Assembly: GCA_036796405.1 (NCBI GenBank)
Contig: DAIRDB010000002.1
Span: 89,106-153,105, forward strand
DNA from: Gammaproteobacteria bacterium
GTDB taxonomy: Bacteria > Pseudomonadota > Gammaproteobacteria > Pseudomonadales > Pseudohongiellaceae
DNA: 64,000 bases
Reading direction: 5' to 3'
Position numbers and translations under genes: made by a program. The first letter of the stretch is position 1. Each line of letters starts with the position of its first letter. Positions 12,210 to 23,641 of this stretch are shown here, one piece after another. The notes beneath the pieces were generated by a model, which was not told the origin of the DNA, did no database searches, and was given only the letters and a program-made list of their open reading frames with translations.

Positions 12210-12272
12210 CAAGGAAGTACCTGGGAAGGTGCAGGAGTCGGCGGTCATTTTTTCAGCCCTGCCCTGCCGCGG

Positions 12273-13016
12273 TCAATTGGCGCAGACCGGGCAGTTCGGG
12301 TTTTTCTTCAATCCGAGCTCCCGCCACTCCAGGCGCAGACCGTCGAACAGCAGCAGCCGGCCCACCAGCGACTCACCGCAGCCCGACAGCAACTTGACTG
12401 CCTCCAGTGCCTGCAGACTACCGATGACGCCGACCAGGGGCGCCAGTACGCCGTTGCGGGCACAGCTCTGATCGAGCTCCTCACCCTCGACGTGCAGACA
12501 CCGATAGCACGGTGAATCCGGGCGCCGTGCATCGAATACGCTGAGCTGGGCTTCCATGCGGATGGCAGCTGCCGAGACCAAGGGCCTCTGCTGCGCCACG
12601 CAGGCACTGTTCAACGCAAAGCGGATGGCGAAGTTGTCCGTGCAGTCCAGCACCAGATCATGCTGCCCGACCAGTTCCTGTAGTTCCTTGCCCGACAGCG
12701 CCTGCACGAGTGCGTCGACCTGTATCGTCGGATTCAGTGCCAGTACCGCCGTGCGCGCTGATTGGGCCTTGGGCACTCCCAGGTCGGCCGTACGGTGTGC
12801 GACCTGCCGCTGCAGGTTGGAGAGCTCGACGCTATCGGGGTCCAGCAGCGTCAGCCGACCGACGCCAGAGGCCGCAAGATACAGCGCCGCAGGACAGCCC
12901 AACCCACCGAGGCCAACAATGAGGACCCGCGCCGCCAGCAACCGTTCCTGCCCCGCAACATCGAGTTGCGGCAGCATCAACTGCCGGCTGTAGCGCTGGA
13001 GCTGCGCGTCATCCAT
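12273..13016 (-). CDS. moeB: molybdopterin-synthase adenylyltransferase MoeB (ThiF family)
   Basis: MDDAQLQRYSRQLMLPQLDVAGQERL...GLGGLGCP, with CxxC pairs (CYRC, CPVC). Follows prmC as in the Pseudomonas moeB-hemK-prfA-hemA cluster. 8-nt overlap with prmC. Confidence 0.85.
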   Translation of the reverse strand: MDDAQLQRYSRQLMLPQLDVAGQERLLAARVLIVGLGGLGCPAALYLAASGVGRLTLLDPDSVELSNLQRQVAHRTADLGVPKAQSARTAVLALNPTIQVDALVQALSGKELQELVGQHDLVLDCTDNFAIRFALNSACVAQQRPLVSAAAIRMEAQLSVFDARRPDSPCYRCLHVEGEELDQSCARNGVLAPLVGVIGSLQALEAVKLLSGCGESLVGRLLLFDGLRLEWRELGLKKNPNCPVCAN

Positions 13017-13854
13017 GGGCGGCTCCCGGCCATTGCGCCTGCGTAACGCGTTCCCGTCCGCCTTCATCGCAGCGGGTCTGGATGGCAACGAACCCCCGTG
13101 CGCGCAGCAGCGTACGCACGGCACCGCCCTGCTGCCAGCCATGTTCGAGCAGCAACCAGCCCCCCTCCCCCAGGTGGGCAGGGGCCGCGGCTGCCAAACG
13201 GTTCAGGTCGCCGTGGCCATCATCGGCCGCTACCAGCGCCGAGCGCGGCTCGAAGCGCAGGTCCCCCTGCTGCAGATGTGGGTCAGAGTCAGCCAGATAA
13301 GGCGGATTGCTGACCAGGGCATCGAAGCGGCTGTCCGGCAACGCCTCAAGCCAATCGCCGAGATGCAGCTGCACCGTGAGACCGAGTGCGCGGACATTGT
13401 CCTGCGCCTGCTGCAGCGCTTCCTGGCTGCGATCTGTGGCATGCAATTCCCATTGCGGCCGCTCGCTTGCCAGCGCCAGTGCGATGGCCCCGGAGCCCGT
13501 GCCAAGATCGGCCACGCGCTGGCGCCCGGTGGGCAGCAGGTCCAAGACGGCCCTCACGAGCGTTTCGGTCTCCGGTCGAGGAATCAGCACCGCCGGCGAG
13601 ACCCGCAGCGGCAGGCTCCAGAATTCGCGGGAACCCACCAAATAGGCGACCGGCTCGCCTGCCGCCCGACGACGGACCAGCCCCTCGAAATCCCGGGCAC
13701 TGCTGGCAGCCAGCGGCTGCTCCGGCCAGGTGTAAAGCCAGCTCCGCGATTTGCCGAGCACGCTTGCCAGCAGCAACTGGGCATCGAGGGCTGCTGACTC
13801 GCTGCCGTCCAGCGCAGAGGTTGCCGCACGCAGGGCCGTGCCGACCGTGACCAT
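13009..13854 (-). CDS. prmC: release factor glutamine methyltransferase PrmC (HemK)
   Basis: DLGTGSGAIALALA SAM motif and NPPY catalytic motif (SNPPYLADSD). ATGA overlap with the prfA stop. Confidence 0.93.
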   Translation of the reverse strand: MVTVGTALRAATSALDGSESAALDAQLLLASVLGKSRSWLYTWPEQPLAASSARDFEGLVRRRAAGEPVAYLVGSREFWSLPLRVSPAVLIPRPETETLVRAVLDLLPTGRQRVADLGTGSGAIALALASERPQWELHATDRSQEALQQAQDNVRALGLTVQLHLGDWLEALPDSRFDALVSNPPYLADSDPHLQQGDLRFEPRSALVAADDGHGDLNRLAAAAPAHLGEGGWLLLEHGWQQGGAVRTLLRARGFVAIQTRCDEGGRERVTQAQWPGAAHG

Positions 13855-14939
13855 CAGCTGGCGATCTCGGCGAGTTGGTCGGCCTGGTACTCTGCCAGCA
13901 GGGGCTGGATGAGGTTGTCCATGTCGCCATTCATGATGTCGCCCAGCCGGTACAGCGTGAGCTTGATGCGATGGTCGGTGACTCGACCGTCTGGATAATT
14001 GTAGGTCCTTATCTTCTCCGACCTGTCGCCCGAGCCGACCAGGTTGCGACGCGCATCGCTCAGCTCCTTTTGCCGCTCGGCGTCAGCAGCGGCCTGCAGT
14101 CTTGCGTGCAGCAGCGCCATGGCCCGCGCGCGGTTCTTGTGCTGGGAACGCTCGTCCTGGCACTCCACCACCAGCCCCGTGGGCAGGTGCGTGATGCGGA
14201 TTGCCGAATCAGTCTTGTTGACGTGCTGACCACCGGCGCCGCTGGCGCGGAAGGTATCGATGCGCAGCTCGCTCTTGTTCAGCTCGATTTCGGCCTGCTC
14301 AGCCTGTTCCGGCAGCACGGCCACGGTGCAGGCCGAGGTATGCACACGGCCTTGCGCCTCGGTTTCGGGTACGCGCTGCACGCGATGGGCGCCGGATTCG
14401 AACTTCAGCTGACCGTAGACGTTGGCCCCTTCGACGCGCGAGATGAGCTCCTTGTAGCCGCCGTGTTCCCCGCGTCTTTCGCTCAGCACCTCCACCTTCC
14501 AGCCCTTCGACTCCGCGTAGCGGGAGTACATGCGGAAAAGATCACCGGAAAAAATGGCCGCCTCGTCACCGCCGGTGCCGGCGCGGATTTCCAGAAATGC
14601 GCTGCAGCTGTCGCGGGGGTCCTTCGGCAACAGCAGTTTTTGCAGTTCGCCCTCGAGCTCCTCGATGCGCCGGCCATTGCTGGCAAACTCCTCCGTCGCC
14701 ATGGCACGCAGTTCCGGATCACTGTCCTTCTGCAGTAATTCTGTCTCCGCGAGCGCATTCTTGGCCTGCTGCAATTGCCGGTAGCACAGCACAACCGGCT
14801 CCAGCTCGGCATACTCCCGGGAGTAGTTACGAAACTTTTCCTGCACGGCAATCACATCGGCTGCACTCAGCAAATGCTGTAATTCCTCGTGCCGCTCGAG
14901 CAGTGAATCGAGCTTCGTCAGGATGGAAGGATTGATCAT
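13854..14939 (-). CDS. prfA: peptide chain release factor 1
   Basis: 361 aa with [20 protein letters not shown] (GGQ motif) and PAT-type RF1 features. ATGA overlap with the hemA stop. Confidence 0.97.
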   Translation of the reverse strand: MINPSILTKLDSLLERHEELQHLLSAADVIAVQEKFRNYSREYAELEPVVLCYRQLQQAKNALAETELLQKDSDPELRAMATEEFASNGRRIEELEGELQKLLLPKDPRDSCSAFLEIRAGTGGDEAAIFSGDLFRMYSRYAESKGWKVEVLSERRGEHGGYKELISRVEGANVYGQLKFESGAHRVQRVPETEAQGRVHTSACTVAVLPEQAEQAEIELNKSELRIDTFRASGAGGQHVNKTDSAIRITHLPTGLVVECQDERSQHKNRARAMALLHARLQAAADAERQKELSDARRNLVGSGDRSEKIRTYNYPDGRVTDHRIKLTLYRLGDIMNGDMDNLIQPLLAEYQADQLAEIAS

Positions 14940-16294
14940 GGCTGCTGCAACCGCGCGGGCTCGCCGGCCGTGGTGGCCTCGTTGCTGGCTTCGAGTTCGA
15001 ACAATTGCTCCGCAAGGTGGATGAGTTCCTCACGGCCATCGGCGCTGGCCTTCTTCATCTGCACGCTGGGGGCATGCAACAGCTTGTTGGTCAGCAGGCG
15101 CGCCAACTCCCGCACCACGTCGCGCGGGTCCCCGCCCTTTTCCAGGGACCTGAGGGCTTTGTCGACTTCGGCATCCCTCAGCTGTTCTGCTTTCTCGCGG
15201 AAAGAACGCAGCGTCGCCACGATACCGAGCCCTCGCTGCTTGCGACGGAAGGTCTCGACACCCTGTTCAATGATGAGTTCAGCCTCGCGGGCTGCCTCCT
15301 GGCGGTTGCGCAGCCCTTCGTCGATGACGGAGCGCAGGTCGTCGACGGTGTAGAGATAGACGTCTTCGAGATCGGCCACTTCTGCCTCGATGTCGCGGGG
15401 CACCGCGAGATCGACCATGAAGATCGGCTTATGTTTTCTGGCCCTCAGCGCCCGCTCCACGGCTCCCTTGCCGAGGATCGGCAACTGGCTGGCGGTGGAT
15501 GACACGACGATGTCCGTGCTCTCGAGCACTTCGGGGATGTCAGACAGCAGCACCTCGCGCACACCGTACTTGCGGGAAAGTTCGCGGGCATTGGTCAACG
15601 TGCGGTTGGCAACCACAATGTGACGCACGCCGGCCTGCCGTAGATGCTGGACCACGAGTTCAATGGTGCGGCCAGCCCCGATCATGAGGGCAGAAGCCTG
15701 CTGGATATCGCTGAAGATCTGCTGGGCGAGAGTCACTGCGGCAAACGCGACCGATACCGGGTTCTCGCCGATGGCAGTCTCTGTGCGCACCTGCTTGGCG
15801 ACGGCGAATACTTCCTCGAAGGTCCGGTGCAACTGGGTGCCGAGCGTGGCCGCCTCCTGCGCAACCGCATAGGCGCTCTTGATCTGCCCGAGAATCTGGG
15901 GCTCGCCCAGCACGAGGGAGTCCAGGCCGCTGGCCACGCGCATCAGGTGGCGGACACCAGCTTCGTCCGCATGGCAGTAGAGTACGGGGCAGAGCTCCTC
16001 GGCGCGCAAGCCATGGTAGTCACAAAGCCAGCGACTCAGGGTCGCCGCCGGCGCTTCTCCACCGACCATGGCCTCGGGCTGGCGCTCGGGCACGGCATAG
16101 ACCTCGGTCCGGTTGCAGGTGGACAGAATGGCAACTTCGGCGAGCCCGGCCCTCAGACAGGCCTGCTGCAAGGCCTCCTGCATCAACTCCGGGGCGAACG
16201 CGACTTTTTCGCGCACGGCAACAGAGGCGGTGTTGTGATTGATGCCGAGCACCAGCAGGGTCATGGGGGAGGCCAGCGGATTGAAGGCCGTCAT
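14936..16294 (-). CDS. hemA: glutamyl-tRNA reductase
   Basis: ...[23 protein letters not shown]..., NAD-binding GAGRTIELV. Start ambiguous between ATG 16292-16294 and ATG 16262-16264. The track start at 16405 is rejected. Confidence 0.92.
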   Translation of the reverse strand: MTAFNPLASPMTLLVLGINHNTASVAVREKVAFAPELMQEALQQACLRAGLAEVAILSTCNRTEVYAVPERQPEAMVGGEAPAATLSRWLCDYHGLRAEELCPVLYCHADEAGVRHLMRVASGLDSLVLGEPQILGQIKSAYAVAQEAATLGTQLHRTFEEVFAVAKQVRTETAIGENPVSVAFAAVTLAQQIFSDIQQASALMIGAGRTIELVVQHLRQAGVRHIVVANRTLTNARELSRKYGVREVLLSDIPEVLESTDIVVSSTASQLPILGKGAVERALRARKHKPIFMVDLAVPRDIEAEVADLEDVYLYTVDDLRSVIDEGLRNRQEAAREAELIIEQGVETFRRKQRGLGIVATLRSFREKAEQLRDAEVDKALRSLEKGGDPRDVVRELARLLTNKLLHAPSVQMKKASADGREELIHLAEQLFELEASNEATTAGEPARLQQP

Positions 16295-16342
16295 TTTACA
16301 CTCTGATTGTGGGTCGGCCAGCGCTGTGGCTATACTCCGGCC

Positions 16343-18232
16343 ATGACGCTTAACGGCAGGAAATCGCGCGTAATCGTGGCCGGCATCACCAGGTGTTGGC
16401 TGCACAGACTGCTGTTGGGTGCGGCGACTTCTTCATTGGCCTTCCTGACCGGTTGTGCGTCGCTGGCGCCATCGCCTGCCGAGACCAACGCCGCTACCGA
16501 AAATCCCTACCTCCCCCAGCAGTTGGGCGAAGAATCTGTAACAGCACCCGTCGCCGAGCCAGCGCCTCCGGAAATCCGCTACGGCAATTTCACCGAAGAC
16601 CAGTTGGCGCGCGCCATCGTCGCGGAGCTGGCCTTGCAGCGCGGCCAGTTCAGTCAGGCATTGACCGACTATGCCGCTCTCGCCCGCGAAACCAACAACA
16701 TCAGCATGCTGCAGCGCGTAGCGCGGGTGGCCGCACTGACGCGACAACCGGCGCTTGCCATCGAGATGGCGGAGCTCTGGCTCCTGCAGGAGCCCGAGTC
16801 GGTCGAGGCGCGACAGACCATAGCCATGGAGCTCGTGTCGCAGTCCCGCTTCCGCGATGCCTTCGACCAGTTCGAGATCCTGCTGCGCAAGGGCAATCGC
16901 GTCGACTTCCGCCTGCTATCGGCCCGGGTTGCCGCCGCGTCCAACAACGGTGGCTTCGTGCTGCTGGATGGGCTCATCGGCGATTTCGACACGCTGCTGC
17001 GGGAATTTCCGCAACAAGACAGCTTGCGGCTGGGACTTGCTCACCTGTATCAGGTGAACAAGCAGCCGGAACCTGCCCTCGAGCAGTTGCAGCAACTGCA
17101 GCGTGAACTCAGCAGGCGTGAGAGTCTGCCAGCAGAGCCCGGGCAGGAATTCATCAAGCCCCCGGATCTGGCCGTCCTCGAAATACAGCTGCTGGATCAA
17201 CTGCAGCAGGCCGACAAGTCGCGCAGACGGTTGGAGCAAGGTGTAAAGCAGTACCCTGAGCACAAGGAACTGCGCTACCTGTGGGGCCGCCGCCTGATCG
17301 CCGAGCGCGACTACGGCGCCGCCAAGGCCCAGTTCGCCCTGCTGGTAGAGCAGAACCCCAAGGATTACGAACTGCTTTACTCGCTGGCCCTGCTGAGTCT
17401 TGAAGTCAATCTGTTTGCGGATGCCCGTAACTACCTGCAGCTACTGGTCGCCAATGGCCAGCGTCTCGACGACGCCCAATATTTCCTTGGCTTCATCGAG
17501 ACCCAGGAAAACCGCCCCGCCGCTGCCATCGATCACTACCTACTGGTTCGCGCCGGCAGCAACTTCCTGCAGGCACAGCGCAATCTGGCCGATCTCATGA
17601 TTGCGGGCGGCCGCTACGAGGAACTACGCGCCCACTTGCAAAACCTGCGGTTCCGTAATCCTGAACTGAACATCCCGCTGCTCAGCTTGGAGGCCAACGC
17701 CCTGATCAGTAGCCAGCGTTACGATCAGGCCCGTACCGTACTCAACAATTCCATCGGGGCCTTCCCCAATAATGTCGAGCTGCTGTTCCTGCGGTCCGTG
17801 CTGGCTCAGGAAGTCAACGACCTGGCGCTGATGGAAAGCGATTTGCGCAAGATCATCTCACTGGAGCCGCAAAGCCCCGTTGCCTATAACAGCCTCGGTT
17901 ACACGCTGGCTGATCGTACCGAGCGTTACGAGGAAGCCCTGCAACTGATCGAGCGCGCCATTGCGCTGGCGCCGGACGATCCGGCCATCATCGACTCGCT
18001 CGGCTGGGTGCAGTACAAGCTGGGGCGCTATCAGGAGGCCAAGGTGAACCTCACGCGCGCCTACGAGTTGTACCCGGACGCTGAAGTCGCCGCCCACCTC
18101 GGGGAAGTACTGTGGATGCTCGGCGAACGCAGTGCAGCGTCCCGGCTGTGGCGCGACGCGCTCGCCAACCAGCCCGATAGCACGCACCTGCGCAGCACGA
18201 TGCAGCGGCTGGCACCGGCCAACACACTCTGA
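16343..18232 (+). CDS. TPR-repeat lipoprotein (upstream partner of lolB)
   Basis: Lipobox AFLTGC after ATG 16343, followed by long TPR-like repeats. Same position as the TPR gene preceding lolB in Pseudomonas. Confidence 0.8.
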   Translation: MTLNGRKSRVIVAGITRCWLHRLLLGAATSSLAFLTGCASLAPSPAETNAATENPYLPQQLGEESVTAPVAEPAPPEIRYGNFTEDQLARAIVAELALQRGQFSQALTDYAALARETNNISMLQRVARVAALTRQPALAIEMAELWLLQEPESVEARQTIAMELVSQSRFRDAFDQFEILLRKGNRVDFRLLSARVAAASNNGGFVLLDGLIGDFDTLLREFPQQDSLRLGLAHLYQVNKQPEPALEQLQQLQRELSRRESLPAEPGQEFIKPPDLAVLEIQLLDQLQQADKSRRRLEQGVKQYPEHKELRYLWGRRLIAERDYGAAKAQFALLVEQNPKDYELLYSLALLSLEVNLFADARNYLQLLVANGQRLDDAQYFLGFIETQENRPAAAIDHYLLVRAGSNFLQAQRNLADLMIAGGRYEELRAHLQNLRFRNPELNIPLLSLEANALISSQRYDQARTVLNNSIGAFPNNVELLFLRSVLAQEVNDLALMESDLRKIISLEPQSPVAYNSLGYTLADRTERYEEALQLIERAIALAPDDPAIIDSLGWVQYKLGRYQEAKVNLTRAYELYPDAEVAAHLGEVLWMLGERSAASRLWRDALANQPDSTHLRSTMQRLAPANTL

Positions 18233-18243
18233 CGATACCCAGC

Positions 18244-18894
18244 GTGCGCTCGACCCTACAACGCTGCAGGCTTCTCCTTTCGGCCGCGCTCTTGGGCCTG
18301 CTGCTTGGCAGCTGCGCCACGCCACCTGCGGCCGGCCCCGTCCTCGGCAACCCTGATTTTCGCCAGCATCAGGCGGCGGTGCTGGCCCATGCGAATTGGC
18401 GGCTCGAGGGCAGACTGGCCATACGCCAAGGCAATGACTCCAGCACGGTGACCATCAACTGGTACCAGCACGACGAGAGCTTCGACATCACCCTGCGCGG
18501 GTCACTGCTCCCGCTCGGTACCACCCGACTGCAGGGCAGTGATGTCGGGCTGGTGCTCGAGCGGGCGGGCCAGGATCCGGTTCGGCTGCCCAATCTGCAG
18601 GCTCTCACCCGCGACTACCTCAACTTCGAATTTCCGGCTGGGAATCTGCAGTACTGGGTGCGCGGACTGCCGGCGCCGGGCCTGCGGGCGAGTACCGAGC
18701 TGGATGCTGCCAATCTGCTGCTTACCCTGCAGCAGACGGACATGGAAGGTCGTCGCTGGGACCTAAGATATGACCGCTACCTGCCCGTGGCCGGTCTGCC
18801 CCTCCCGGGCCGGATCCGGCTGTCGACCGCGGCTGCAACTGGCGGTCTGCAGCTGACCTTTCTGGTCAGCGACTGGCAGCTGTCACCCCCCTGA
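18244..18894 (+). CDS. lolB: outer-membrane lipoprotein LolB
   Basis: 216 aa, GTG start, lipobox LLLGSC. Lies between the TPR gene and ispE. Confidence 0.8.
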   Translation: MRSTLQRCRLLLSAALLGLLLGSCATPPAAGPVLGNPDFRQHQAAVLAHANWRLEGRLAIRQGNDSSTVTINWYQHDESFDITLRGSLLPLGTTRLQGSDVGLVLERAGQDPVRLPNLQALTRDYLNFEFPAGNLQYWVRGLPAPGLRASTELDAANLLLTLQQTDMEGRRWDLRYDRYLPVAGLPLPGRIRLSTAAATGGLQLTFLVSDWQLSPP

Positions 18895-18908
18895 ACGCAA
18901 CCCTGGCG

Positions 18909-19808
18909 ATGCTGACCCTGCCGGCCCCCCTCAAACTCAACCTCTTCCTGCATGTGACCGGTCGCAGGGCGGATGGCTATCACACGCTGGAGACCGTGTT
19001 CCAGCTACTGGACCACGGCGACGTCCTGCAATTCGACCCCGCGGGCCCCGGCCTCACGCTCACCTGCAACGAACCGTCACTTCTGACCGAGGACAACCTG
19101 GTGCTGCGGGCCGCCCGTCTGTTGCAGCCGCATGCCCGCCGACCGGCCCAGTGCCGGATCCACCTCGACAAGCGGGTGCCGGCCGGCAGTGGCCTCGGGG
19201 GTGGCAGCTCCGATGCTGCCACCACGCTGCTGGGCCTCAATGCACTGTGGGACTGTGGTCTGGACATCCCCTCGCTCTGCAGCCTTGGGCTGCAGCTCGG
19301 AGCCGACGTTCCGGTGTTCGTGAACGGACATGGTGCACTGGCAACCGGCGTCGGTGAAATACTGGAAAATCAGCCGCTTCCAGAGCACTGGTACCTGGTG
19401 CTCACCCCGTCTTGTCACCTCTCGACGCGGGAAATTTTCCAGCACCCCGAATTGACAAGAAATGGGGGCTCCACCACAATGCGCGCCTTTCCGTTTTGGG
19501 GTAGCCGGAACGACTGCGAGGCGGTTGCCTTCCAGCTGTTTCCGCAGGTTGCGCAGGCAAAAAACTGGTTGGCTCGGCAAATCGCTGCGTCGGCAGATGT
19601 GCCCGACACACCATGGGTGCGGGGGCGCATGACGGGGACTGGCTCCAGCGTCTTTGCCAGTTTCACGCGTCGCGAGTCCGCTGAGGCTGTGTTGGCCAAG
19701 CTCCGGCTGGAGCGTCAGCACTTCGACCCGGGCTGCCGCGGTTTCGTGGCCCGGGCAGTCAACCGGTCTCCCCTGCAGCAAGCCCTCGCTGCACAAAGCG
19801 GGGCCTGA
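18909..19808 (+). CDS. ispE: 4-(cytidine 5'-diphospho)-2-C-methyl-D-erythritol kinase
   Basis: MLTLPAPLKLNLFLHVTGRRADGYHTLETVFQ and the GHMP kinase motif PAGSGLGGGSSDAA. Confidence 0.93.
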   Translation: MLTLPAPLKLNLFLHVTGRRADGYHTLETVFQLLDHGDVLQFDPAGPGLTLTCNEPSLLTEDNLVLRAARLLQPHARRPAQCRIHLDKRVPAGSGLGGGSSDAATTLLGLNALWDCGLDIPSLCSLGLQLGADVPVFVNGHGALATGVGEILENQPLPEHWYLVLTPSCHLSTREIFQHPELTRNGGSTTMRAFPFWGSRNDCEAVAFQLFPQVAQAKNWLARQIAASADVPDTPWVRGRMTGTGSSVFASFTRRESAEAVLAKLRLERQHFDPGCRGFVARAVNRSPLQQALAAQSGA

Positions 19809-19837
19809 CAGACGGCCGTAACGAAACGAAGGGATTT

Positions 19838-19912
19838 TGGGGTGTCGCCAAGCGGTAAGGCACCAGATTTTGATTCTGGCATACGTTGGTTCGAATCCAG
19901 CCACCCCAGCCA
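19838..19912 (+). tRNA. tRNA-Gln (anticodon TTG)
   Basis: Folded by hand. Acceptor TGGGGTG/CACCCCA, anticodon arm CCAGA-TTTTGAT-TCTGG, T-arm GTTGG-TTCGAAT-CCAGC, encoded CCA. Same ispE-prs position as in Pseudomonas. Confidence 0.93.
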
Positions 19913-19942
19913 TTTTGGACAGTCGCTCAGGAAACACTCCCC

Positions 19943-20893
19943 ATGGCCAACAACCTGATGGTTTTCAGCGGCAACGCCAATCCCGAGCTGGCGCTGAAGG
20001 TGGCACGGTGGCTGGGGGTTCCGCTGGGACGCGCGAACGTGCGCAAGTTCAGCGACGGCGAAATCAACGTCGAGCTCAATGAAAACGTGCGCGGCCAGGA
20101 TGTCTTCATCATCCAGCCGACCTGCTCCCCCACCAACGATAACCTCATGGAACTGCTGCTGATGGCCGATGCACTGCATCGCTCGTCTGCCGACCGCATC
20201 ACTGCCGTGGTGCCCTACTTCGGTTATGCACGGCAGGATCGACGCGTGCGCTCCGCGCGCGTTCCGATCAGTGCCAAGGTCGTGGCGGACATGATGGGCG
20301 CCGCCGGCATAAATCGCGTGCTTACCATCGACCTGCACGCCGAGCAGATCCAGGGCTTTTTCAGCATACCCGTCGACAACGTTTATGGCTCGATCGTGCT
20401 GGTGGAAGACGTACGCGCCCAGAACTACGAAAATCTCACGGTGGTGTCGCCCGACATAGGCGGCGTGGTGCGAGCCCGGGCCTTTGCCAAGCAACTCGGC
20501 ACAGATCTGGCCATCATCGACAAGCGCCGGCCCAAGGCCAACGAAACCGAAGTCATGCACCTGATCGGCGAGGTGCGCAATCGCACCTGCCTCATCGTCG
20601 ACGACATGGTGGATACCGCCGGTACGCTCTGCAAGGCAGCCGATGCGCTCAAGGCCGAGGGCGCACTCAAGGTGGTCGCGTACTGTACGCACCCGGTGCT
20701 GTCGGGCAATGCCATCGAAAATATTCGTAGTTCCACGCTGGACTCGCTGGTGGTGACCGACACCATCCCGCTCAGCGAGGCAGGCCGGCAGTGCGGCAAG
20801 ATCCGTCAGCTGCCGCTGGCACGCTACCTCGGTGAGTGCATTCGCCGCGTCAGCAACGAAGAATCCGTCAGTGCCATGTTCGAGGAAGGTTGA
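19943..20893 (+). CDS. prs: ribose-phosphate pyrophosphokinase
   Basis: [21 protein letters not shown]... and the PRPP-binding loop ([12 protein letters not shown]). Start at ATG 19943; the track start at 19886 overlaps the tRNA. Confidence 0.97.
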   Translation: MANNLMVFSGNANPELALKVARWLGVPLGRANVRKFSDGEINVELNENVRGQDVFIIQPTCSPTNDNLMELLLMADALHRSSADRITAVVPYFGYARQDRRVRSARVPISAKVVADMMGAAGINRVLTIDLHAEQIQGFFSIPVDNVYGSIVLVEDVRAQNYENLTVVSPDIGGVVRARAFAKQLGTDLAIIDKRRPKANETEVMHLIGEVRNRTCLIVDDMVDTAGTLCKAADALKAEGALKVVAYCTHPVLSGNAIENIRSSTLDSLVVTDTIPLSEAGRQCGKIRQLPLARYLGECIRRVSNEESVSAMFEEG

Positions 20894-21016
20894 TCCCCGG
20901 CGGGCAATGAAGGCAAACCCTCCGACCGGTCGGTCGCAGACCGGCGCGGAGACAACGGGCAACAGCCCACCATGATGACGGCAGTCGCGTTCGACGCCCT
21001 GCCAGAGGAAATCACA

Positions 21017-21694
21017 ATGTCCAAACAACAGTTCGTCCTGGAAACCAAGACCAGGGCAGCCGCAGGGAAAGGTGCGAGCCGCCGCCTGCGCCGCAGCGAA
21101 GCCGCAGTGCCCGCCATTCTTTACGGCGGCGGCAAGGCTCCGGCCAACATTTCGGTGACGCACAAGGATCTCGCGTATGCAGTGCAGAACGAGGTGTTCT
21201 TCACCTCCATCATCACCCTCAACATCGAGGGCACTGCCGAAAGCGCCATCATCAAGGACCTGCAGCGCCATCCGGCCCAGCCGCGGATTCTGCATGCCGA
21301 CTTCCAGCGCGTGCAGGACGACGTGGAACTGCACATCAACGTGCCGCTGCACTTCCTCAACGAGGCCACTTCCATTGGCGTCAAGCAGGGCGGGGGCATC
21401 GTTTCCCACCTGATGACCGAACTGGAAATCATGTGCCTGCCGAAGAACCTGCCTCCCTTCATCGAGGTGGATATCGCCGGTCTCGGTCTCGGCCAGTCCC
21501 TGCATATCTCCGACCTCAAACTGCCGGAAGGCGTGCGCAGTGTTTCCCTGAGCCATGGTGCCAGTGGCGACCTCGCCGTCGTCTCCATCAACCTGCTGAG
21601 AAAAGAGGATGCCCCTGCAGCGGCAGCCGCCGCGCCTGCTGCTGCACCAGCAGCTGCCAAGGCGGCTCCTGCCAAGGCTCCGGCCAAGAAGTAA
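21017..21694 (+). CDS. rplY: 50S ribosomal protein L25 / general stress protein Ctc
   Basis: MSKQQFVLETKTRAAAGKGASRRLRR... with an Ala/Pro/Lys-rich C-terminal tail. Lies between prs and pth. Confidence 0.93.
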   Translation: MSKQQFVLETKTRAAAGKGASRRLRRSEAAVPAILYGGGKAPANISVTHKDLAYAVQNEVFFTSIITLNIEGTAESAIIKDLQRHPAQPRILHADFQRVQDDVELHINVPLHFLNEATSIGVKQGGGIVSHLMTELEIMCLPKNLPPFIEVDIAGLGLGQSLHISDLKLPEGVRSVSLSHGASGDLAVVSINLLRKEDAPAAAAAAPAAAPAAAKAAPAKAPAKK

Positions 21695-21720
21695 GCCCGC
21701 GCCGCTGAACCCCCAGCGTC

Positions 21721-22353
21721 ATGAGCACCGGCATTGCGATGATCGTGGGCCTTGGTAACCCGGGCCCGCAGTACGAAGCCAATCGTCACAATGCCGGCGC
21801 CCTGCTCCTCGCCGCCCTGGTACGTTCTGAGCGCGGCAGCCTGCGACCCGAGGCCCGCTTCAAGGGTCAGGTCGGTCGCATAGACATCGGCGGACAGGAA
21901 GTCCGCCTGCTCTTCCCCAGCACGTTCATGAACAAAAGCGGCGACGCCGTGCAGCCGATGGCACAGTTCTACAAGCTGGAGCCCGCGCAGATTCTGGTGG
22001 CCTACGACGAACTCGATCTGCCGCTCGGCACCACCCGTCTGAAATCCGGCGGCGGCCACGGCGGCCACAATGGCGTGCGCGACATCATCCGCGCGCTGGG
22101 GTCTGCCGACTTCCTGCGGCTGAGGCTCGGCATCGGCCACCCCGGTCGCGCCGACAAAGTGCTGGGCCACGTGCTCGGGGACTTCAGCAGATCCGAGCAG
22201 GCACTGATCGACGAGGAATTCAACAAAGCGCTCGCCGTGCTGCCCCTGCTCGTCCAGGGCAAGCTGCAACTGGCCATGAACAAGCTCCACACCACCCCGA
22301 AGCCGGCAACTCCAGACTCCGGCGCCGACTCGACCACGCCAAAGGACCTCTGA
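21721..22353 (+). CDS. pth: peptidyl-tRNA hydrolase
   Basis: [19 protein letters not shown] and [12 protein letters not shown] motifs. Confidence 0.95.
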   Translation: MSTGIAMIVGLGNPGPQYEANRHNAGALLLAALVRSERGSLRPEARFKGQVGRIDIGGQEVRLLFPSTFMNKSGDAVQPMAQFYKLEPAQILVAYDELDLPLGTTRLKSGGGHGGHNGVRDIIRALGSADFLRLRLGIGHPGRADKVLGHVLGDFSRSEQALIDEEFNKALAVLPLLVQGKLQLAMNKLHTTPKPATPDSGADSTTPKDL

Positions 22354-22354
22354 C

Positions 22355-23446
22355 ATGGGCATCAAATGCGGCATCGTTGGCTTGCCCAACGTGGGTAAAT
22401 CCACCCTGTTCAACGCGCTGACCCAAGCCGGTATCGCCGCGGAAAATTTTCCCTTCTGCACCATCGAACCCAACTCGGGCATCGTGCCGGTACCGGATCA
22501 CCGTCTCAACGCACTGGCGGAGATCGTGAAGCCGGAAAAAGTCGTGCCGACGGCCGTCGAGTTCGTCGACATTGCCGGTCTGGTGGCTGGCGCCTCCAAA
22601 GGCGAGGGTCTAGGCAACAAGTTCCTCGCCAACATCCGCGAGTGTGACGCCATCGCGCACGTGGTGCGCTGCTTCGTCGACGACAACGTCATCCACGTGG
22701 CCAACACCATCAACCCGGCCAACGATATCGAGGTGATCAACACCGAACTGGCTCTGGCTGACCTGGAGACGGTGGAGAAGGGTCTCGACCGCGCCACCAA
22801 GGCAGCCAAAGGCCAAGACAAGGACGCTATTCGTGCCCGCGATGTGCTGAGCAAGGTGCGGGCCCACCTGGATCAGGGACGGCCAGTGCGCAGCCTGGAT
22901 CTCGATCGCGATGAGCAGGCGGCGCTGCAGCCTTATCACTTGCTCACCGCCAAACCCACCATGTACATCGCCAATGTCGATGAGAAGGGATTCAGCGCCA
23001 ATCCCTATCTCGACAAGGTACGGGATATCGCGGCGGCCGAGCATTCGGTGGTGGTAGCCATCTGCAACAAACTCGAGGCAGAGATCGCCGAACTGGCTGC
23101 CGACGACAAGGCCGCCTTCCTGCAGGACCTCGGCATGGATGAGCCGGGCCTGGACCGGGTGATTCGCGCCGGCTACCAACTGCTTGGCCTGCAAACCTAC
23201 TTCACGGCCGGTGTGAAGGAAGTGCGTGCCTGGACCGTGAAGATCGGCGCCAGCGCCCCCAAGGCAGCCGCTGTCATTCACACTGACTTCGAGAAGGGCT
23301 TCATTCGGGCCGAAGTAGTCGCCTACGACGATTTCGTGAAGTACCGCGGCGAACAGGGCGCCAAGGACGCCGGCAAGTGGCGATTGGAAGGCAAGGAGTA
23401 CATCGTGCAGGACGGCGATGTGATGCACTTCCGCTTCAACGTCTGA
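22355..23446 (+). CDS. ychF: redox-regulated ATPase YchF
   Basis: [24 protein letters not shown]-loop; 363 aa; C-terminal TGS-like end [10 protein letters not shown]. Confidence 0.97.
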   Translation: MGIKCGIVGLPNVGKSTLFNALTQAGIAAENFPFCTIEPNSGIVPVPDHRLNALAEIVKPEKVVPTAVEFVDIAGLVAGASKGEGLGNKFLANIRECDAIAHVVRCFVDDNVIHVANTINPANDIEVINTELALADLETVEKGLDRATKAAKGQDKDAIRARDVLSKVRAHLDQGRPVRSLDLDRDEQAALQPYHLLTAKPTMYIANVDEKGFSANPYLDKVRDIAAAEHSVVVAICNKLEAEIAELAADDKAAFLQDLGMDEPGLDRVIRAGYQLLGLQTYFTAGVKEVRAWTVKIGASAPKAAAVIHTDFEKGFIRAEVVAYDDFVKYRGEQGAKDAGKWRLEGKEYIVQDGDVMHFRFNV

Positions 23447-23537
23447 CGCTTGATAGGCCGGGCCGGTGGGGCGGAATGCGGAGCAGGCTTGAGCTTGACC
23501 GGGGCGTCCCGTAAACTTCCCGCCCTCACGATGTTGT

Positions 23538-23614
23538 GGCGATGTAGCTCAGCTGGTTAGAGCACCGCATTCATAATGCGGGTGTCGGTGGTTCAAGTCC
23601 ACCCATCGCTACCA
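23538..23614 (+). tRNA. tRNA with CAT anticodon (elongator Met; an Ile2/lysidine type cannot be excluded)
   Basis: Folded by hand. Acceptor GGCGATG/CATCGCT (G1-U72 wobble), anticodon arm CCGCA-TTCATAA-TGCGG, T-arm GGTGG-TTCAAGT-CCACC, encoded CCA. Confidence 0.88.
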
Positions 23615-23641
23615 CCCTTCTCTCACCGCTCGTTTCGTCGC

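Noticed and set aside
19715-21556. 613-aa minus-strand ORF spanning tRNA-Gln, prs, the spacer and part of rplY
   Set aside because: - It runs antisense to three well-supported features.
- It has no SD, no domain motif and low-complexity composition.
- It is a chance open frame in GC-rich DNA.
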